Below, piece by piece: positions 37,842 to 47,037 of a stretch of 64,000 nt of DNA. The position numbers and the translations under genes are program-made. Each line of letters opens with the position of its first letter. The first letter of the stretch is position 1. Below the pieces are notes generated by a model. The model did not search any database, was not told the DNA's origin, and was given only the letters and a program-made list of their open reading frames with translations. Source of the DNA: a virus; the IMG/VR virus record IMGVR_UViG_3300009701_000004, positions 27,376 through 91,375 of that record. One strand, 5' to 3'.

Positions 37842-37889
37842 TACTAACCTGGGGAGATGTTTCTCCCCTTACTCAAATAGGAGGGTAAC

Positions 37890-38174
37890 ATGGAAGAGAG
37901 TGTTATAGATGTAGAGGTAAAGGAAGAAAAGAGGCCTCTGGAATTCCCTTATGGCATCACCTACGAGGAAATACTGGATATCGAAAGTGCAGCTTTAGCG
38001 AGAGTAATTAGGGAGTTGCAAATTATTGAGGTTTGCAAAATAATAAACAACATCCCCTCGCCTCGCCCTCGAAACAATCTGGAGTTAGGATTGGAATTAA
38101 CTACCTCATTCCTCCAAAGCCTCTCGTGGGGGCTTATAGTAGCAGGTATTATGTCAACTCTTGCCAAAAAGTAG
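37890..38174 (+). CDS. Small protein with C-terminal membrane anchor
   Basis: AGGAGG RBS; hydrophobic C-terminus. Confidence 0.6.
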   Translation: MEESVIDVEVKEEKRPLEFPYGITYEEILDIESAALARVIRELQIIEVCKIINNIPSPRPRNNLELGLELTTSFLQSLSWGLIVAGIMSTLAKK

Positions 38175-38182
38175 TTGAAATT

Positions 38183-38212
38183 TTCAATATCCCAACATCA
38201 GTTTGGTATAAG
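38183..38212 (+). promoter_or_regulatory. Phage-type promoter TTCAA-N16-TGGTATAAG
   Basis: Exact motif. Confidence 0.75.
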
Positions 38213-38307
38213 TATTATGCAGGTAAAGAATACCCAAATCCAATAATGGGTTCCAAGCTTGCGGTCACTATCGAGTATTAATTAACCTTTAAACAGGAGT
38301 AAACAAA

Positions 38308-38586
38308 ATGTCTTTGACTGCACAAGAACTTCAAACTTTGAACGATTCCCTTTCCAAGAGCTTGCTCGAAAAAATGAACGTACTGCAAAATCAAGCAACT
38401 CCGGCTTCAACCCCAGCAGCGGCAAATAGCAACGCAGCACTGATGGGCATTACCAATCGCACCGGCATGGACCTGGCTCGTGACATCGCCCTCGGCGTTT
38501 CTCTGGTCGGTACAATCACCCTCGGCACCATTGCCATTGTCAAGGCTTTCTCGGGTGACGGCGGCGAAATGGCAGCGGCGAAGTAA
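38308..38586 (+). CDS. Small protein with C-terminal membrane anchor
   Basis: AGGAG RBS; TM helix near the C-terminus. Confidence 0.7.
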   Translation: MSLTAQELQTLNDSLSKSLLEKMNVLQNQATPASTPAAANSNAALMGITNRTGMDLARDIALGVSLVGTITLGTIAIVKAFSGDGGEMAAAK

Positions 38587-38743
38587 TACGGTAGCGGCAC
38601 CGTAGTAGTAAGCATCAAGAAGAGAGTTGGAGGGACCGTAAACCCTCCGGCTCTTTGGGGATTAGTCAAGCACTAACAGTAGAAAGATCACATGAAGAAG
38701 GTCCTGATAAACGACTGTAGGCACGTGAGGAAAGTCCTAATAC

Positions 38744-38998
38744 ATGACTAATGCACAGGAACAAGACCGAGAAAAAGGTAATGTCGTCCCATTTCCATCT
38801 TCTGATGTACATCAAGGAGGGTTTGAGAATCAAAAATCATTCGACCAAATAATGTTGGATGTCGCGCTGAGCAAAGCTCAAATACGAGAGGCTAATACTA
38901 ATGCGGCCATTAATGTTGCGGTAGCTGCCACTATAGTAGTGGCGCTGGGGTCAGTAGTGGCCATGTCAATAAAGAGTGCATTCGGCAGTAAAAAATAA
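38744..38998 (+). CDS. Small protein with C-terminal membrane anchor
   Basis: Same layout as 38308-38586 (TM then K(S)AF(S/G)). Confidence 0.6.
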   Translation: MTNAQEQDREKGNVVPFPSSDVHQGGFENQKSFDQIMLDVALSKAQIREANTNAAINVAVAATIVVALGSVVAMSIKSAFGSKK

Positions 38999-39151
38999 AA
39001 GCATTGGCAGTAAAATATAAGAAGTAATAGATACGTAAAGTATCAAAGAAATGAATCCAGAGGAAAGTTTTAAGAGATGAAACAAAGTTGACGGATAGCC
39101 ACCGTACTCTTTGTTTTAGCTTTTAGAGAATAGCAAAACAACAAAAACATC

Positions 39152-39484
39152 ATGACCATACCTATAGACTTGACTTTTAAAAATCCATTAATACTTAACT
39201 ATTTCAATGGTAATAATGATTATATACCTTCTTCGGAACTAGTGTTTGTACATCAACATCCGTTATTGCGTAATTCCTTTTTAGCTGAAATAGAGGTGTT
39301 AATTAACAAAACCCGAAATCATATTGTAGCTAGAAATATGACTGGTGTTGTATTGGAACGCTTTACTAACTACACAATACAATTAGGGGCAGAATTGCCA
39401 AAACTATCTCAGCAAAACGCCCCTATTATTCTTAATATCCTACGAAATATCTATCAGCTTTGCAATCAATTACTGAAGCAGTAA
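39152..39484 (+). CDS. Hypothetical protein
   Basis: 110-aa ORF. Confidence 0.45.
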   Translation: MTIPIDLTFKNPLILNYFNGNNDYIPSSELVFVHQHPLLRNSFLAEIEVLINKTRNHIVARNMTGVVLERFTNYTIQLGAELPKLSQQNAPIILNILRNIYQLCNQLLKQ

Positions 39485-40663
39485 TACATTCAACAATTGA
39501 AAGCTACCAGTATTGGTATCGCTAGTCCCTTCTCTTTCAAGAACAATAGCTAAAGTTTCCACATTAACCTGCCAAACTCCGCTAACCCAACCTGCAAAAG
39601 CAGTATTAGGTATAACAGCATTAACGGTAACAAAATCTGCTACTGCGTTTGCGGTCCCTCCCGGAGTAATAGTATCTGCTGCGGTATTGGTTTTTGTTGC
39701 AGTAGTTAAAGTCCCGATAGTGTATCCTAGATAGCGCATGCGCATTAAGAAGGTTCCAGTATTGCTACTAGAAGGTGCGTAAGACATTTTTAGGTAAATA
39801 GGCTTGTACGGATTTAACTTAGATACATAGCTATGTATTGGTAGCACTACACTAGATACGCTGGATGCGGGGAAGGTCACTGCCAGCATTTCATTTACCA
39901 CGGATAGAGTAGTGTTACTGTCAACTACTGGGGTTAAGTATTGCTCCGTTACTTTCATGTATGGGGCCCCTGCGGATACCGGTGCCATAGTAACGCTAGG
40001 CACGGACGAACCATATGTCAACGTAATATAGTATATGGGGAAATACCCAGAACTAACGGCAGGAGGTGTTTGCGAACCTGTAGCTGCTTGAGCGCCTGCA
40101 ACCATATTAAGTTGCAATTCGCCATGAGTAATGGTAGAAGGCAAAAATGGATTAGTGTAATCCAAGTTTGGAAGTAAGGAATTTTGCAACGCGGTAGAAG
40201 TGGATAGCTCAATCCAAGTTCCTTGAATTGTGTAAATAATAGAATCTCCAGAAGTCGATGGAGGTACCAATGTGAACGTATTAGTAACTACCGACAACGC
40301 CTGTTTCATAATAGGATCTGTAATGGAAGTGCTAATGTTACGCGTTTGATAAACTGCACCTGGTCCAATAGTAATTACGTTAGTACTAGGATTTCCTACA
40401 GCCAGTCCCGTAGCTGACATTGTCGCAGCATTATAAGAAGGAACACTGTAGGTATCTGCATAAATCATCGAATCGTTCAAAGAATTTAACAGAGAAGTTC
40501 TTCGCCCACAATCTCCCCCCCACTGCCTGTCGTTAGTAAGATTTGTTTGGATATCGGTCAAAGGACGATTATCTATAGTGTAGTAATAAGGGTCGGTAGC
40601 TGTATAGTAACGAATAGATGTAAAATTACTACTATTCTGCGGCACGAAATCTGGGGTTGACAT
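39470..40663 (-). CDS. Putative virion structural (baseplate/fibre-type) protein
   Basis: Thr/Ser beta-rich; YYTATDPYYYTIDNRPL N-terminus; upstream TTGACC-N18-TAAACT. Confidence 0.5.
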   Translation of the reverse strand: MSTPDFVPQNSSNFTSIRYYTATDPYYYTIDNRPLTDIQTNLTNDRQWGGDCGRRTSLLNSLNDSMIYADTYSVPSYNAATMSATGLAVGNPSTNVITIGPGAVYQTRNISTSITDPIMKQALSVVTNTFTLVPPSTSGDSIIYTIQGTWIELSTSTALQNSLLPNLDYTNPFLPSTITHGELQLNMVAGAQAATGSQTPPAVSSGYFPIYYITLTYGSSVPSVTMAPVSAGAPYMKVTEQYLTPVVDSNTTLSVVNEMLAVTFPASSVSSVVLPIHSYVSKLNPYKPIYLKMSYAPSSSNTGTFLMRMRYLGYTIGTLTTATKTNTAADTITPGGTANAVADFVTVNAVIPNTAFAGWVSGVWQVNVETLAIVLEREGTSDTNTGSFQLLNVLLLQ

Positions 40664-40749
40664 TTAAAGGGTTTCCTAATTTGAGTAATGGTGCTATAAT
40701 ATCTGATCACTATATAGTTTAATATAATTCTACCGATCAGGTCAAGCAA

Positions 40750-41157
40750 ATGATGGCTCTAATACAATCTCTGTTGAAGTATTTTAATAGAACAAAACCT
40801 ACGTCTAAAAACGTACATAAGAAGGAAGGCCCCTCTCTCTCGTATGACTTTGGAAAATCTAAACTCCATTCCCTTTCATACTCTTCAATCATAGATAGTT
40901 GGGTATTTTTGCATTTCCATGGTCAAACGGTAATAGTTCTTACCAATATAAATGTTCAAGCTAAAAATATAGAATTTTGGGCCAAAATACCTCCTGAACA
41001 AAAAATCAAATTTGTTAATGATGTATCTATACTTAAATGCAAAGATCGAAGAGAGATGTTTAAACTTTTGGGAAACATAGGTCAAGATTTTGCAGATGCT
41101 AAGGGGTACATAGATGGAATTGAAGTGGCCAGTAATATGGAAGGGTCAGAGAAATGA
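40750..41157 (+). CDS. Hypothetical protein
   Basis: Follows the extended -10 TGCTATAAT (40692-40700). Confidence 0.55.
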   Translation: MMALIQSLLKYFNRTKPTSKNVHKKEGPSLSYDFGKSKLHSLSYSSIIDSWVFLHFHGQTVIVLTNINVQAKNIEFWAKIPPEQKIKFVNDVSILKCKDRREMFKLLGNIGQDFADAKGYIDGIEVASNMEGSEK

Positions 41158-41450
41158 AAGCGTACGTGTATATAGATTTAGATAGCAGATTAAGTCTTAG
41201 AACCGCTGAGTACATAGATACTGTTGATCCCGGATTTTTCCTCAATAACAGCCATTACATTATTAAGTATTGGAAAGTAGATACTGATGATAAACATAGT
41301 CTATGGCGTATGATGAAATACTGCAAAGATTACAAAATTAATCTGACGGAATTTCGCAATATACTAATGCAGCTTGGAGTTATAAGTGAAGATACAAAGA
41401 GTAAAGATTTTGATGAAAAAATGCACGAAATTGGTAAAGCCAATCATTAA
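41154..41450 (+). CDS. Hypothetical protein
   Basis: ATGA-coupled. Confidence 0.6.
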   Translation: MKAYVYIDLDSRLSLRTAEYIDTVDPGFFLNNSHYIIKYWKVDTDDKHSLWRMMKYCKDYKINLTEFRNILMQLGVISEDTKSKDFDEKMHEIGKANH

Positions 41451-41470
41451 ATACACTAAGTCTGCAATGC

Positions 41471-43225
41471 ATGAAAATACAATTTAGCCAAAATAAAGAA
41501 AGAGTAATATTCACTCATGAAAGTGACAGTGAATATAAATTTATAAATGGCTTCCCAGCCTTTCTTAAAGATGGAACTACCTTCTGGGCCCCTGCAAAAA
41601 CTCACATAATATACAATATTGTTTCTAGGCTGAAGACCTCTTGTAAAAATATAAAGATAGATAAAGAGGTTCAGACGTTGATGAATGCCGAGATGGCTTT
41701 AAAGCCCCTGCCTCTCGGCTTTAAATTTCTTACAGCCCCGATGGATTACCAAGAGATCTCTCTAAGGTATATGTACACTCTGGGCTCCGCTGGTCTTTTA
41801 TTAGATCCGGGTATGGGTAAATCCAAAGTGGTTTTGGATTATATTGCCTTGATGAAGTTTAAACGATCTCTAATCGTTTGCCCCTTGCCATTGCTGTTTG
41901 TATGGCAAGAAGAAGTCGCCACCCATAGATATGATTTAACTATCTATTGTATTGAAACTACCAATTGGGAAATAGAATGGGAGAAAGCTAGTAAAGCTGA
42001 TATAGTTTGCATTAATTATACAAAGGCTAGCATATTTAAATCTCAATTGAAGAAAGAGCAATTTGATTTTATACATCTTGACGAATTTCTAATCAAGGAT
42101 ATTAACTCCCAAAGAACTCAGGATATAACTGAAATATCTCTGGGTATTTCCTATCACTGCGGAGGTTCTGGGACGTTGATTAATAATGGGGTGGAGGATA
42201 TGTTTGCCCCCGTTAGGTATTTGGAAAGATCCTTGGTAAGCGGTAGCATTGTTAAATTCAGAGATCGGTATACATATCAAGTGCCTATAGATAAACGAAA
42301 GCCTGAAGGTAGAAAAATACCTGTAGGGCCTAGAAGAATTGACGAAGCTAGATCGATATTAGAATCCTGTTGTATTGTGATGAAAAAGGATGAGTGGCTC
42401 AAATTACCTGATAAAGAGTTCTACGATTACTACTATCAACCTTCAGAAGCCCAACGAGAATTTTACCAATGCTTAGCTCGTAATTACATTGCTAAATTCG
42501 ATGATGAGTACTTGGAAGTAGATAATGCTTTGACCATGATGTCTAAGTGCTATCAGGTTTCCAATGGTTTTGTTTATATTTCAGATAAGCCAGATAAGGC
42601 CGAGCAAGACGATTTATTAGCTAATCCTGATAAACCTAAAAAGAAAACCAAGCTAAATCGCAGGACTAAGTATTTTGCAGAACAGCCTAAGATAACAGGA
42701 ATGTTGACAGTTATAAAAGAGAAGTTGGGAACTGAGCGTGGTATTATTTGGTACAACTGTGAAGCTGAATATACTTTAATATCAGAAGCATTGGCTTCTA
42801 ACGGATATACTTTTTTAACTATCAAAGGGGGTACTAAAGGTTTGGGAGGTATAGTTAAAGAATTTAATAGCAATCCGAAGTATCAATTTTTAATTTGTCA
42901 ATCAAAATCAGTCAATTATGGTATCACTATATTAGGTACAACTATAGAGAAATTAGAAGATGCCGAATTTGAAATCTTCCCAGGCATTGAACCTTCTGTT
43001 CACAATCAAATTTTCTACAGTTGTAATTTTTCCCTTGAAGTGTTCTTACAACAGCAGGATCGTATTCATCGTATAGGGCAAAAATATGTATGCAAATACT
43101 ACAGGTTGTGGCTGAATACTCCTGTGGAAATGACCATGAAAAAGGCATTGGAAGATAAGATGATAATACGAGGGGACATGCTCATCGATATTGCAGAAAA
43201 ATTAAAAGAAGAAATATCAATTTAG
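41471..43225 (+). CDS. SNF2-family (SF2) helicase/ATPase
   Basis: MDYQ, LDPGMGKS, IVCP, LDEF, SGTLINN, QQQDRIHRIGQ. Confidence 0.88.
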   Translation: MKIQFSQNKERVIFTHESDSEYKFINGFPAFLKDGTTFWAPAKTHIIYNIVSRLKTSCKNIKIDKEVQTLMNAEMALKPLPLGFKFLTAPMDYQEISLRYMYTLGSAGLLLDPGMGKSKVVLDYIALMKFKRSLIVCPLPLLFVWQEEVATHRYDLTIYCIETTNWEIEWEKASKADIVCINYTKASIFKSQLKKEQFDFIHLDEFLIKDINSQRTQDITEISLGISYHCGGSGTLINNGVEDMFAPVRYLERSLVSGSIVKFRDRYTYQVPIDKRKPEGRKIPVGPRRIDEARSILESCCIVMKKDEWLKLPDKEFYDYYYQPSEAQREFYQCLARNYIAKFDDEYLEVDNALTMMSKCYQVSNGFVYISDKPDKAEQDDLLANPDKPKKKTKLNRRTKYFAEQPKITGMLTVIKEKLGTERGIIWYNCEAEYTLISEALASNGYTFLTIKGGTKGLGGIVKEFNSNPKYQFLICQSKSVNYGITILGTTIEKLEDAEFEIFPGIEPSVHNQIFYSCNFSLEVFLQQQDRIHRIGQKYVCKYYRLWLNTPVEMTMKKALEDKMIIRGDMLIDIAEKLKEEISI

Positions 43226-43245
43226 TTAGTGAATATTGGTATAAG
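43216..43245 (+). promoter_or_regulatory. Phage-type promoter ATCAA-N16-TGGTATAAG followed by a 5' hairpin
   Basis: Exact motif; TTACGAAG...CTTCGTAA hairpin follows. Confidence 0.75.
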
Positions 43246-43311
43246 GTAGTTACGAAGTGAAATACCTTCGTAATCCAATTTCAACTTTTAAATTCTCACC
43301 AGGAGAATACT

Positions 43312-43569
43312 ATGACTACTGCCAGCTGCAACACCGAGTTTAAATGTGAAAACTGCCAAAACTTCGCAAACGCCCCAGAAGGTCGTCATTGCGTAGCTTA
43401 TATTGATCAACCGCCGATGAATATGAGCGCCTGCCCAGGTCGTAAAGACATCGTTTTAGCACCAAACAATTCTGGTACTAAACCTGTTGAAGCTTCGGCA
43501 AATATGCCTACAGGTGAGTATCTGCATTTGCGCCGTGCAGACCCAACCGTAACCCGTAATACGCACTAA
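43312..43569 (+). CDS. Small Cys-rich (Zn-binding) protein
   Basis: CENC...HC...CP; AGGAG RBS. Confidence 0.6.
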   Translation: MTTASCNTEFKCENCQNFANAPEGRHCVAYIDQPPMNMSACPGRKDIVLAPNNSGTKPVEASANMPTGEYLHLRRADPTVTRNTH

Positions 43570-43620
43570 TACCTAGAAGCGTCGTAACGGAACAATAACT
43601 AAACATAGAAAGAGTAAATC

Positions 43621-44418
43621 ATGACTCACAATCACCAAGTTCAAATGGGTGCTGCAAATAGCACCGTGATTTTGTCGGATGAACAAAACCAACAAATCCA
43701 AGAAGCAGTTGATGCTTCAGTAGCCTCCTGGCAAGCATCGAAAGCTCGTAAGGGTGAAACTTACAGCGATGATTCTGTCTCGGCTTTCAGGGAATATGTG
43801 GCTGAACGCGTAACCAAATCCGTAATCAGCGGCTCTACTCGAAATGCTACGCAATTAGCCGAGAATGCTCGTAAAAAGGCGGCACGTATCGAACGTAGTT
43901 CTCAGATTCGTGATCTGGAATTGATTGCACGGGATAACGGCATCGACTTCTTTGTTCGCCGAGAGTATTTACCTGACCAAAAGGAACTTTCCCAATGGGA
44001 AGTAAATCCTAGTTCACATAACAGCCTTGTGTGTAAGGTTTTCCGTAAAGTCATTGCAAATCAAGGTGGCGCTGTTTTCTGCTCCAGACCTATTCTCGAC
44101 ACTATGGGTCACAAAGTTCTGCTAGACATTTCCATAGCCGTCTGTCGGCCAGATGAAAACTTTGACCTTGTCGAAGGGATGGATTTGGCATTGAAGCGTT
44201 TCCTTCGTGGGTACACTTTGGAATTTGAATGCGATTTCAAAGTAGGTATTTTACGTGCGGAAGACATGACCGACAAAGACCTGGACTGGGCAATCACCGA
44301 TTACATTCGCCAGTTAGAAATTGGCTTTCCCAATTCTCTCGACACGCACGAAGACCTAGTGATTGATGTAGCAGCTACGGTTCAACCTGATTCAACAACC
44401 GAACCGGTAGAGGTATAA
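43621..44418 (+). CDS. Hypothetical early protein; C-terminus resembles T7 gp1.7-like domains
   Basis: GGAVFC...AVCRPDENFDLVEGMDLALKR pattern (weak, by eye). Confidence 0.4.
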   Translation: MTHNHQVQMGAANSTVILSDEQNQQIQEAVDASVASWQASKARKGETYSDDSVSAFREYVAERVTKSVISGSTRNATQLAENARKKAARIERSSQIRDLELIARDNGIDFFVRREYLPDQKELSQWEVNPSSHNSLVCKVFRKVIANQGGAVFCSRPILDTMGHKVLLDISIAVCRPDENFDLVEGMDLALKRFLRGYTLEFECDFKVGILRAEDMTDKDLDWAITDYIRQLEIGFPNSLDTHEDLVIDVAATVQPDSTTEPVEV

Positions 44419-44421
44419 CAA

Positions 44422-44778
44422 ATGCACCGATTGATACATTGGATTTATAATCACTTTCTGGGGTGGATGGATGCTAATTCCCCAGATCGATACGTATCAG
44501 TCGGTGCAAAAGCTCTCCCAGGGCTAAGCACCGATCCAGTTGTTCCTGAAGATCTTCGAACACCTGATGTTCCTTATTTAGGTAAAGATCAAGAGGAATT
44601 GCTGAGAAAAGCCGTTGCCAGTTATCCAGACAGAATTAACCGTATTAAGTGGCTTCGTGCTATTCAGCACTTACGAGCAGAAAGCAAAACGGGCTGGGTC
44701 ATCGAAGGCGGCAAAAAGAAGTGGGGTAACCCAGAAACTACAAAAGCTTCAGAATTAAATCATATGATATTGCAGTAA
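44422..44778 (+). CDS. Hypothetical protein
   Basis: GAGG RBS; coupled to the previous gene. Confidence 0.55.
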   Translation: MHRLIHWIYNHFLGWMDANSPDRYVSVGAKALPGLSTDPVVPEDLRTPDVPYLGKDQEELLRKAVASYPDRINRIKWLRAIQHLRAESKTGWVIEGGKKKWGNPETTKASELNHMILQ

Positions 44779-44785
44779 AGCATCG

Positions 44786-44814
44786 TTGCATTTAGCTATT
44801 TCATATGCTAAACT
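44786..44814 (+). promoter_or_regulatory. Sigma70-like promoter TTGCAT-N17-TAAACT with TGn extension
   Basis: Canonical spacing. Confidence 0.6.
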
Positions 44815-44820
44815 AAGTAA

Positions 44821-44854
44821 AAGGCTAGAGGTAATACTCTGGCCTTTTATTTTT
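44821..44854 (+). terminator. Intrinsic terminator
   Basis: AAGGCTAGAG-GTAATA-CTCTGGCCTT plus T-rich tail. Confidence 0.65.
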
Positions 44855-44873
44855 AACCATAAGGAGAATTGAA

Positions 44874-45551
44874 ATGGTGCAATCATTGACCATGAGACTT
44901 ATCCGAGCGGCCATTTTAGTAGTAATCTTTAGTACGTTGGCAGCGTGCTCAAGTATGCAAAAGCCCTCGATACCACAAGAGCAACAAGTGGTAAGTCCAG
45001 TACCAGCTTTATCGGTACAAGAAAAGCAAGAACAGCAAAAAATCCTAAATACTTTGGATTCAGAAGCTGCAGAAGATAAACCTCAAAAACAAGAGGAGCT
45101 GCCTCAAGCCCCTCAGGTCACTGAAGACCAAAAGTTGGCAACAAGAATATCGGATAAATTTCTAATACCGATAGAGCTAGCTACAACAATTATAGTTTTA
45201 GCTACAAAAAACGCTCATGAGGATTTCCCCACCCGAAATGATATATTGGCTGTTATAGCAGTAGAATCTGGATTTCACCCCAAAGTTTCTTACCGGGGAA
45301 GTCACGGATTAATGCAAATAGAAATGAAAAGCCACAGAGATAAGCTATACGGTAGGAGCATCTTTGATCCAAGTACGAATACAGAAATTGGAGCTTTTGT
45401 TCTTAACCAGCTTTATGAAATGCTAGGTAAAAACAAACGCGGGGCTTTTCTAGCCTATAATTCTGGTATAGGTAATTATCTTAAAGGGCACTATAGGGAG
45501 GATTATTACCGAAAGGTAATGAAACAGTTGCAGTTCATTTCTGCACCATGA
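44874..45551 (+). CDS. Lipoprotein lytic transglycosylase (SLT domain)
   Basis: Signal peptide with lipobox LAAC; AVIAVESGF, GLMQI, NTEIGA, AYNSG. Confidence 0.85.
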   Translation: MVQSLTMRLIRAAILVVIFSTLAACSSMQKPSIPQEQQVVSPVPALSVQEKQEQQKILNTLDSEAAEDKPQKQEELPQAPQVTEDQKLATRISDKFLIPIELATTIIVLATKNAHEDFPTRNDILAVIAVESGFHPKVSYRGSHGLMQIEMKSHRDKLYGRSIFDPSTNTEIGAFVLNQLYEMLGKNKRGAFLAYNSGIGNYLKGHYREDYYRKVMKQLQFISAP

Positions 45552-45563
45552 TTTTGGTATAAG
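45534..45563 (+). promoter_or_regulatory. Phage-type promoter TTCAT-N16-TGGTATAAG
   Basis: Exact -10 motif. Confidence 0.7.
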
Positions 45564-45594
45564 TTAAATGTACAATAAGAGGAGAATTCCTATC

Positions 45595-45723
45595 ATGAAG
45601 AAGATTCGGGAAGCTTTACCCATGCTTATCCTTTCTGTGTTGATTCTCTTAGGATGCGTATGGCAATTCGCCGCTGTTTTAGACAGAGGTAATCCAGAAG
45701 TAGAAATTCATAGGAGTAAGTAA
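45595..45723 (+). CDS. Small membrane peptide (42 aa, MKKIREALPMLILSVLILLGCVWQFAAV...)
   Basis: GAGGAG RBS; single TM helix. Confidence 0.6.
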   Translation: MKKIREALPMLILSVLILLGCVWQFAAVLDRGNPEVEIHRSK

Positions 45724-45724
45724 A

Positions 45725-45856
45725 ATGCCAATTCTGATAGGCGGTATTCTCATCATCGTAGCAATGGCCTTTTCCGCTATAGGAGGTCTTTTAGCGGGAG
45801 GCGTTACTGTTGCTAAGGCAGTTAAAGCAGCAGTCAATAAAGAACATAATAGCTAA
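45725..45856 (+). CDS. Small membrane peptide (43 aa, MPILIGGILIIVAMAFSAIGGLLAGG...)
   Basis: AGGAG RBS; hydrophobic; followed by terminator. Confidence 0.6.
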   Translation: MPILIGGILIIVAMAFSAIGGLLAGGVTVAKAVKAAVNKEHNS

Positions 45857-45873
45857 ATCAAGGGTGAAAGAGG

Positions 45874-45906
45874 GGCAGGGATGCGGTGTCACATCCCTGT
45901 CTTTTT
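45874..45906 (+). terminator. Intrinsic terminator
   Basis: GGCAGGGATG...CATCCCTGTC-TTTTT. Confidence 0.75.
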
Positions 45907-45956
45907 AGCTTGTTAAAATCATAGAGGTGTGATATTCTAACTTCTGGAGATTTATA

Positions 45957-46295
45957 ATGGTTGAACATAAGCAACAAATTGTCAGTTCCAATAATCCCGA
46001 TCTTCCCCCTGAAACTGTTGTAGTTCTAGGTAAAACGTTTAAAGTTCATTTAATAGAACCTGACGAAAAAGAAGATAGCGATGGAGAGATGGACTTAGGT
46101 ACTCAAAGAATAAGTATTAGGTTACAACCTTCTCCAGAGTACAATAGTGATACAATGCTACATGAGATAATTCACGCAGTTGATGAGATGTTAACTTTAG
46201 GATTGAAAGAAAAACAAGTACATCAATTGTCTGTAGGGCTTATCTCTGTATTTACACAGAATAAAGACTTAATGGCATGGATGCTGAAGAACTAA
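45957..46295 (+). CDS. Small HExxH zinc metallopeptidase-like protein
   Basis: DTMLHEIIHAV...EKQV; upstream TTGTTA-N17-TATTCT. Confidence 0.7.
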   Translation: MVEHKQQIVSSNNPDLPPETVVVLGKTFKVHLIEPDEKEDSDGEMDLGTQRISIRLQPSPEYNSDTMLHEIIHAVDEMLTLGLKEKQVHQLSVGLISVFTQNKDLMAWMLKN

Positions 46296-46939
46296 AACCT
46301 AAAAAAATAATAACGTCATCCTCACCTCAAAAGCAGGTTTGGTTTATACATGGTGCAAACGCTACCCCAACTTCGTTTGAGTATCTTAGAGATAAGCTTA
46401 AATCCGATCCTGATTTCAAAGATTTTTCTTTGATAGATATAAAGTATAATTGTCAAGAAAATCTATCTGGTATTATTAAAGCTTTAACCCTCTCCATACG
46501 TAAAGGTAGTCAGGTATATTTGGTAGGGCATAGTCTCGGCGGAATAATTGCAACTGCCATTTCTCAACGAATAAAGGTCTACGAGTTGCCTTTGAACATT
46601 AAGGGGGTGTTTACTATTAGTAGCCCTTTCGGTGGAAGCGAAAGTGCTGAATATCTGCAATGGCTATATCCTACTTATCATTTATTCAGAAGTATTGCTA
46701 CTACTAGTAGAGTAATTACTGACTTAATATCGCTAGGCGCAGTAGTACCTACAACTTCTCTGGTAACCAGCAGTGGTAACAACCCTTTATTTTCTACGGC
46801 GAATGATGGGGTAGTAACCATTCGATCTCAGAGATCTCTCAAGGGTGCAAACTATATAGAGATAAACTCAAACCATTTCGAAGTTTTAATGAATCAAGAT
46901 ACTGTAGAACATTTGAAAGTTTTCTTAAAGAATACGTAA
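46277..46939 (+). CDS. Alpha/beta hydrolase (lipase/esterase-like)
   Basis: FIHGA, GHSLGG, SPFGGS, NDGVV, NHF give the triad pattern. Confidence 0.85.
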   Translation: MDAEELKPKKIITSSSPQKQVWFIHGANATPTSFEYLRDKLKSDPDFKDFSLIDIKYNCQENLSGIIKALTLSIRKGSQVYLVGHSLGGIIATAISQRIKVYELPLNIKGVFTISSPFGGSESAEYLQWLYPTYHLFRSIATTSRVITDLISLGAVVPTTSLVTSSGNNPLFSTANDGVVTIRSQRSLKGANYIEINSNHFEVLMNQDTVEHLKVFLKNT

Positions 46940-46953
46940 TTTCGTGGTATAAG
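46925..46953 (+). promoter_or_regulatory. Phage-type promoter TTAAA-N15-TGGTATAAG
   Basis: Exact -10 motif. Confidence 0.7.
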
Positions 46954-46992
46954 GTTTAGGAAAAGCTAACTTAACTAACTTAACTTAATTAT

Positions 46993-47023
46993 AAGGCCCA
47001 GTGTTTACTGGGCTTTTTATTTT
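46993..47023 (+). terminator. Intrinsic terminator
   Basis: GGCCCAGT-GTTT-ACTGGGCT-TTTTATTTT. Confidence 0.75.
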
Positions 47024-47037
47024 ACAGGAAAAAAGAT

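Noticed and set aside
38690-38740. CTGATAA...GAAA resembling a hammerhead ribozyme core
   Set aside because: Core deviates from CUGANGA and I could not build the three required stems.
45911-45919. TGTTAAAAT as a late-class promoter
   Set aside because: Equally explained as the -35 region of a sigma70-type TTGTTA-N17-TATTCT promoter, so left out of the late-promoter set.
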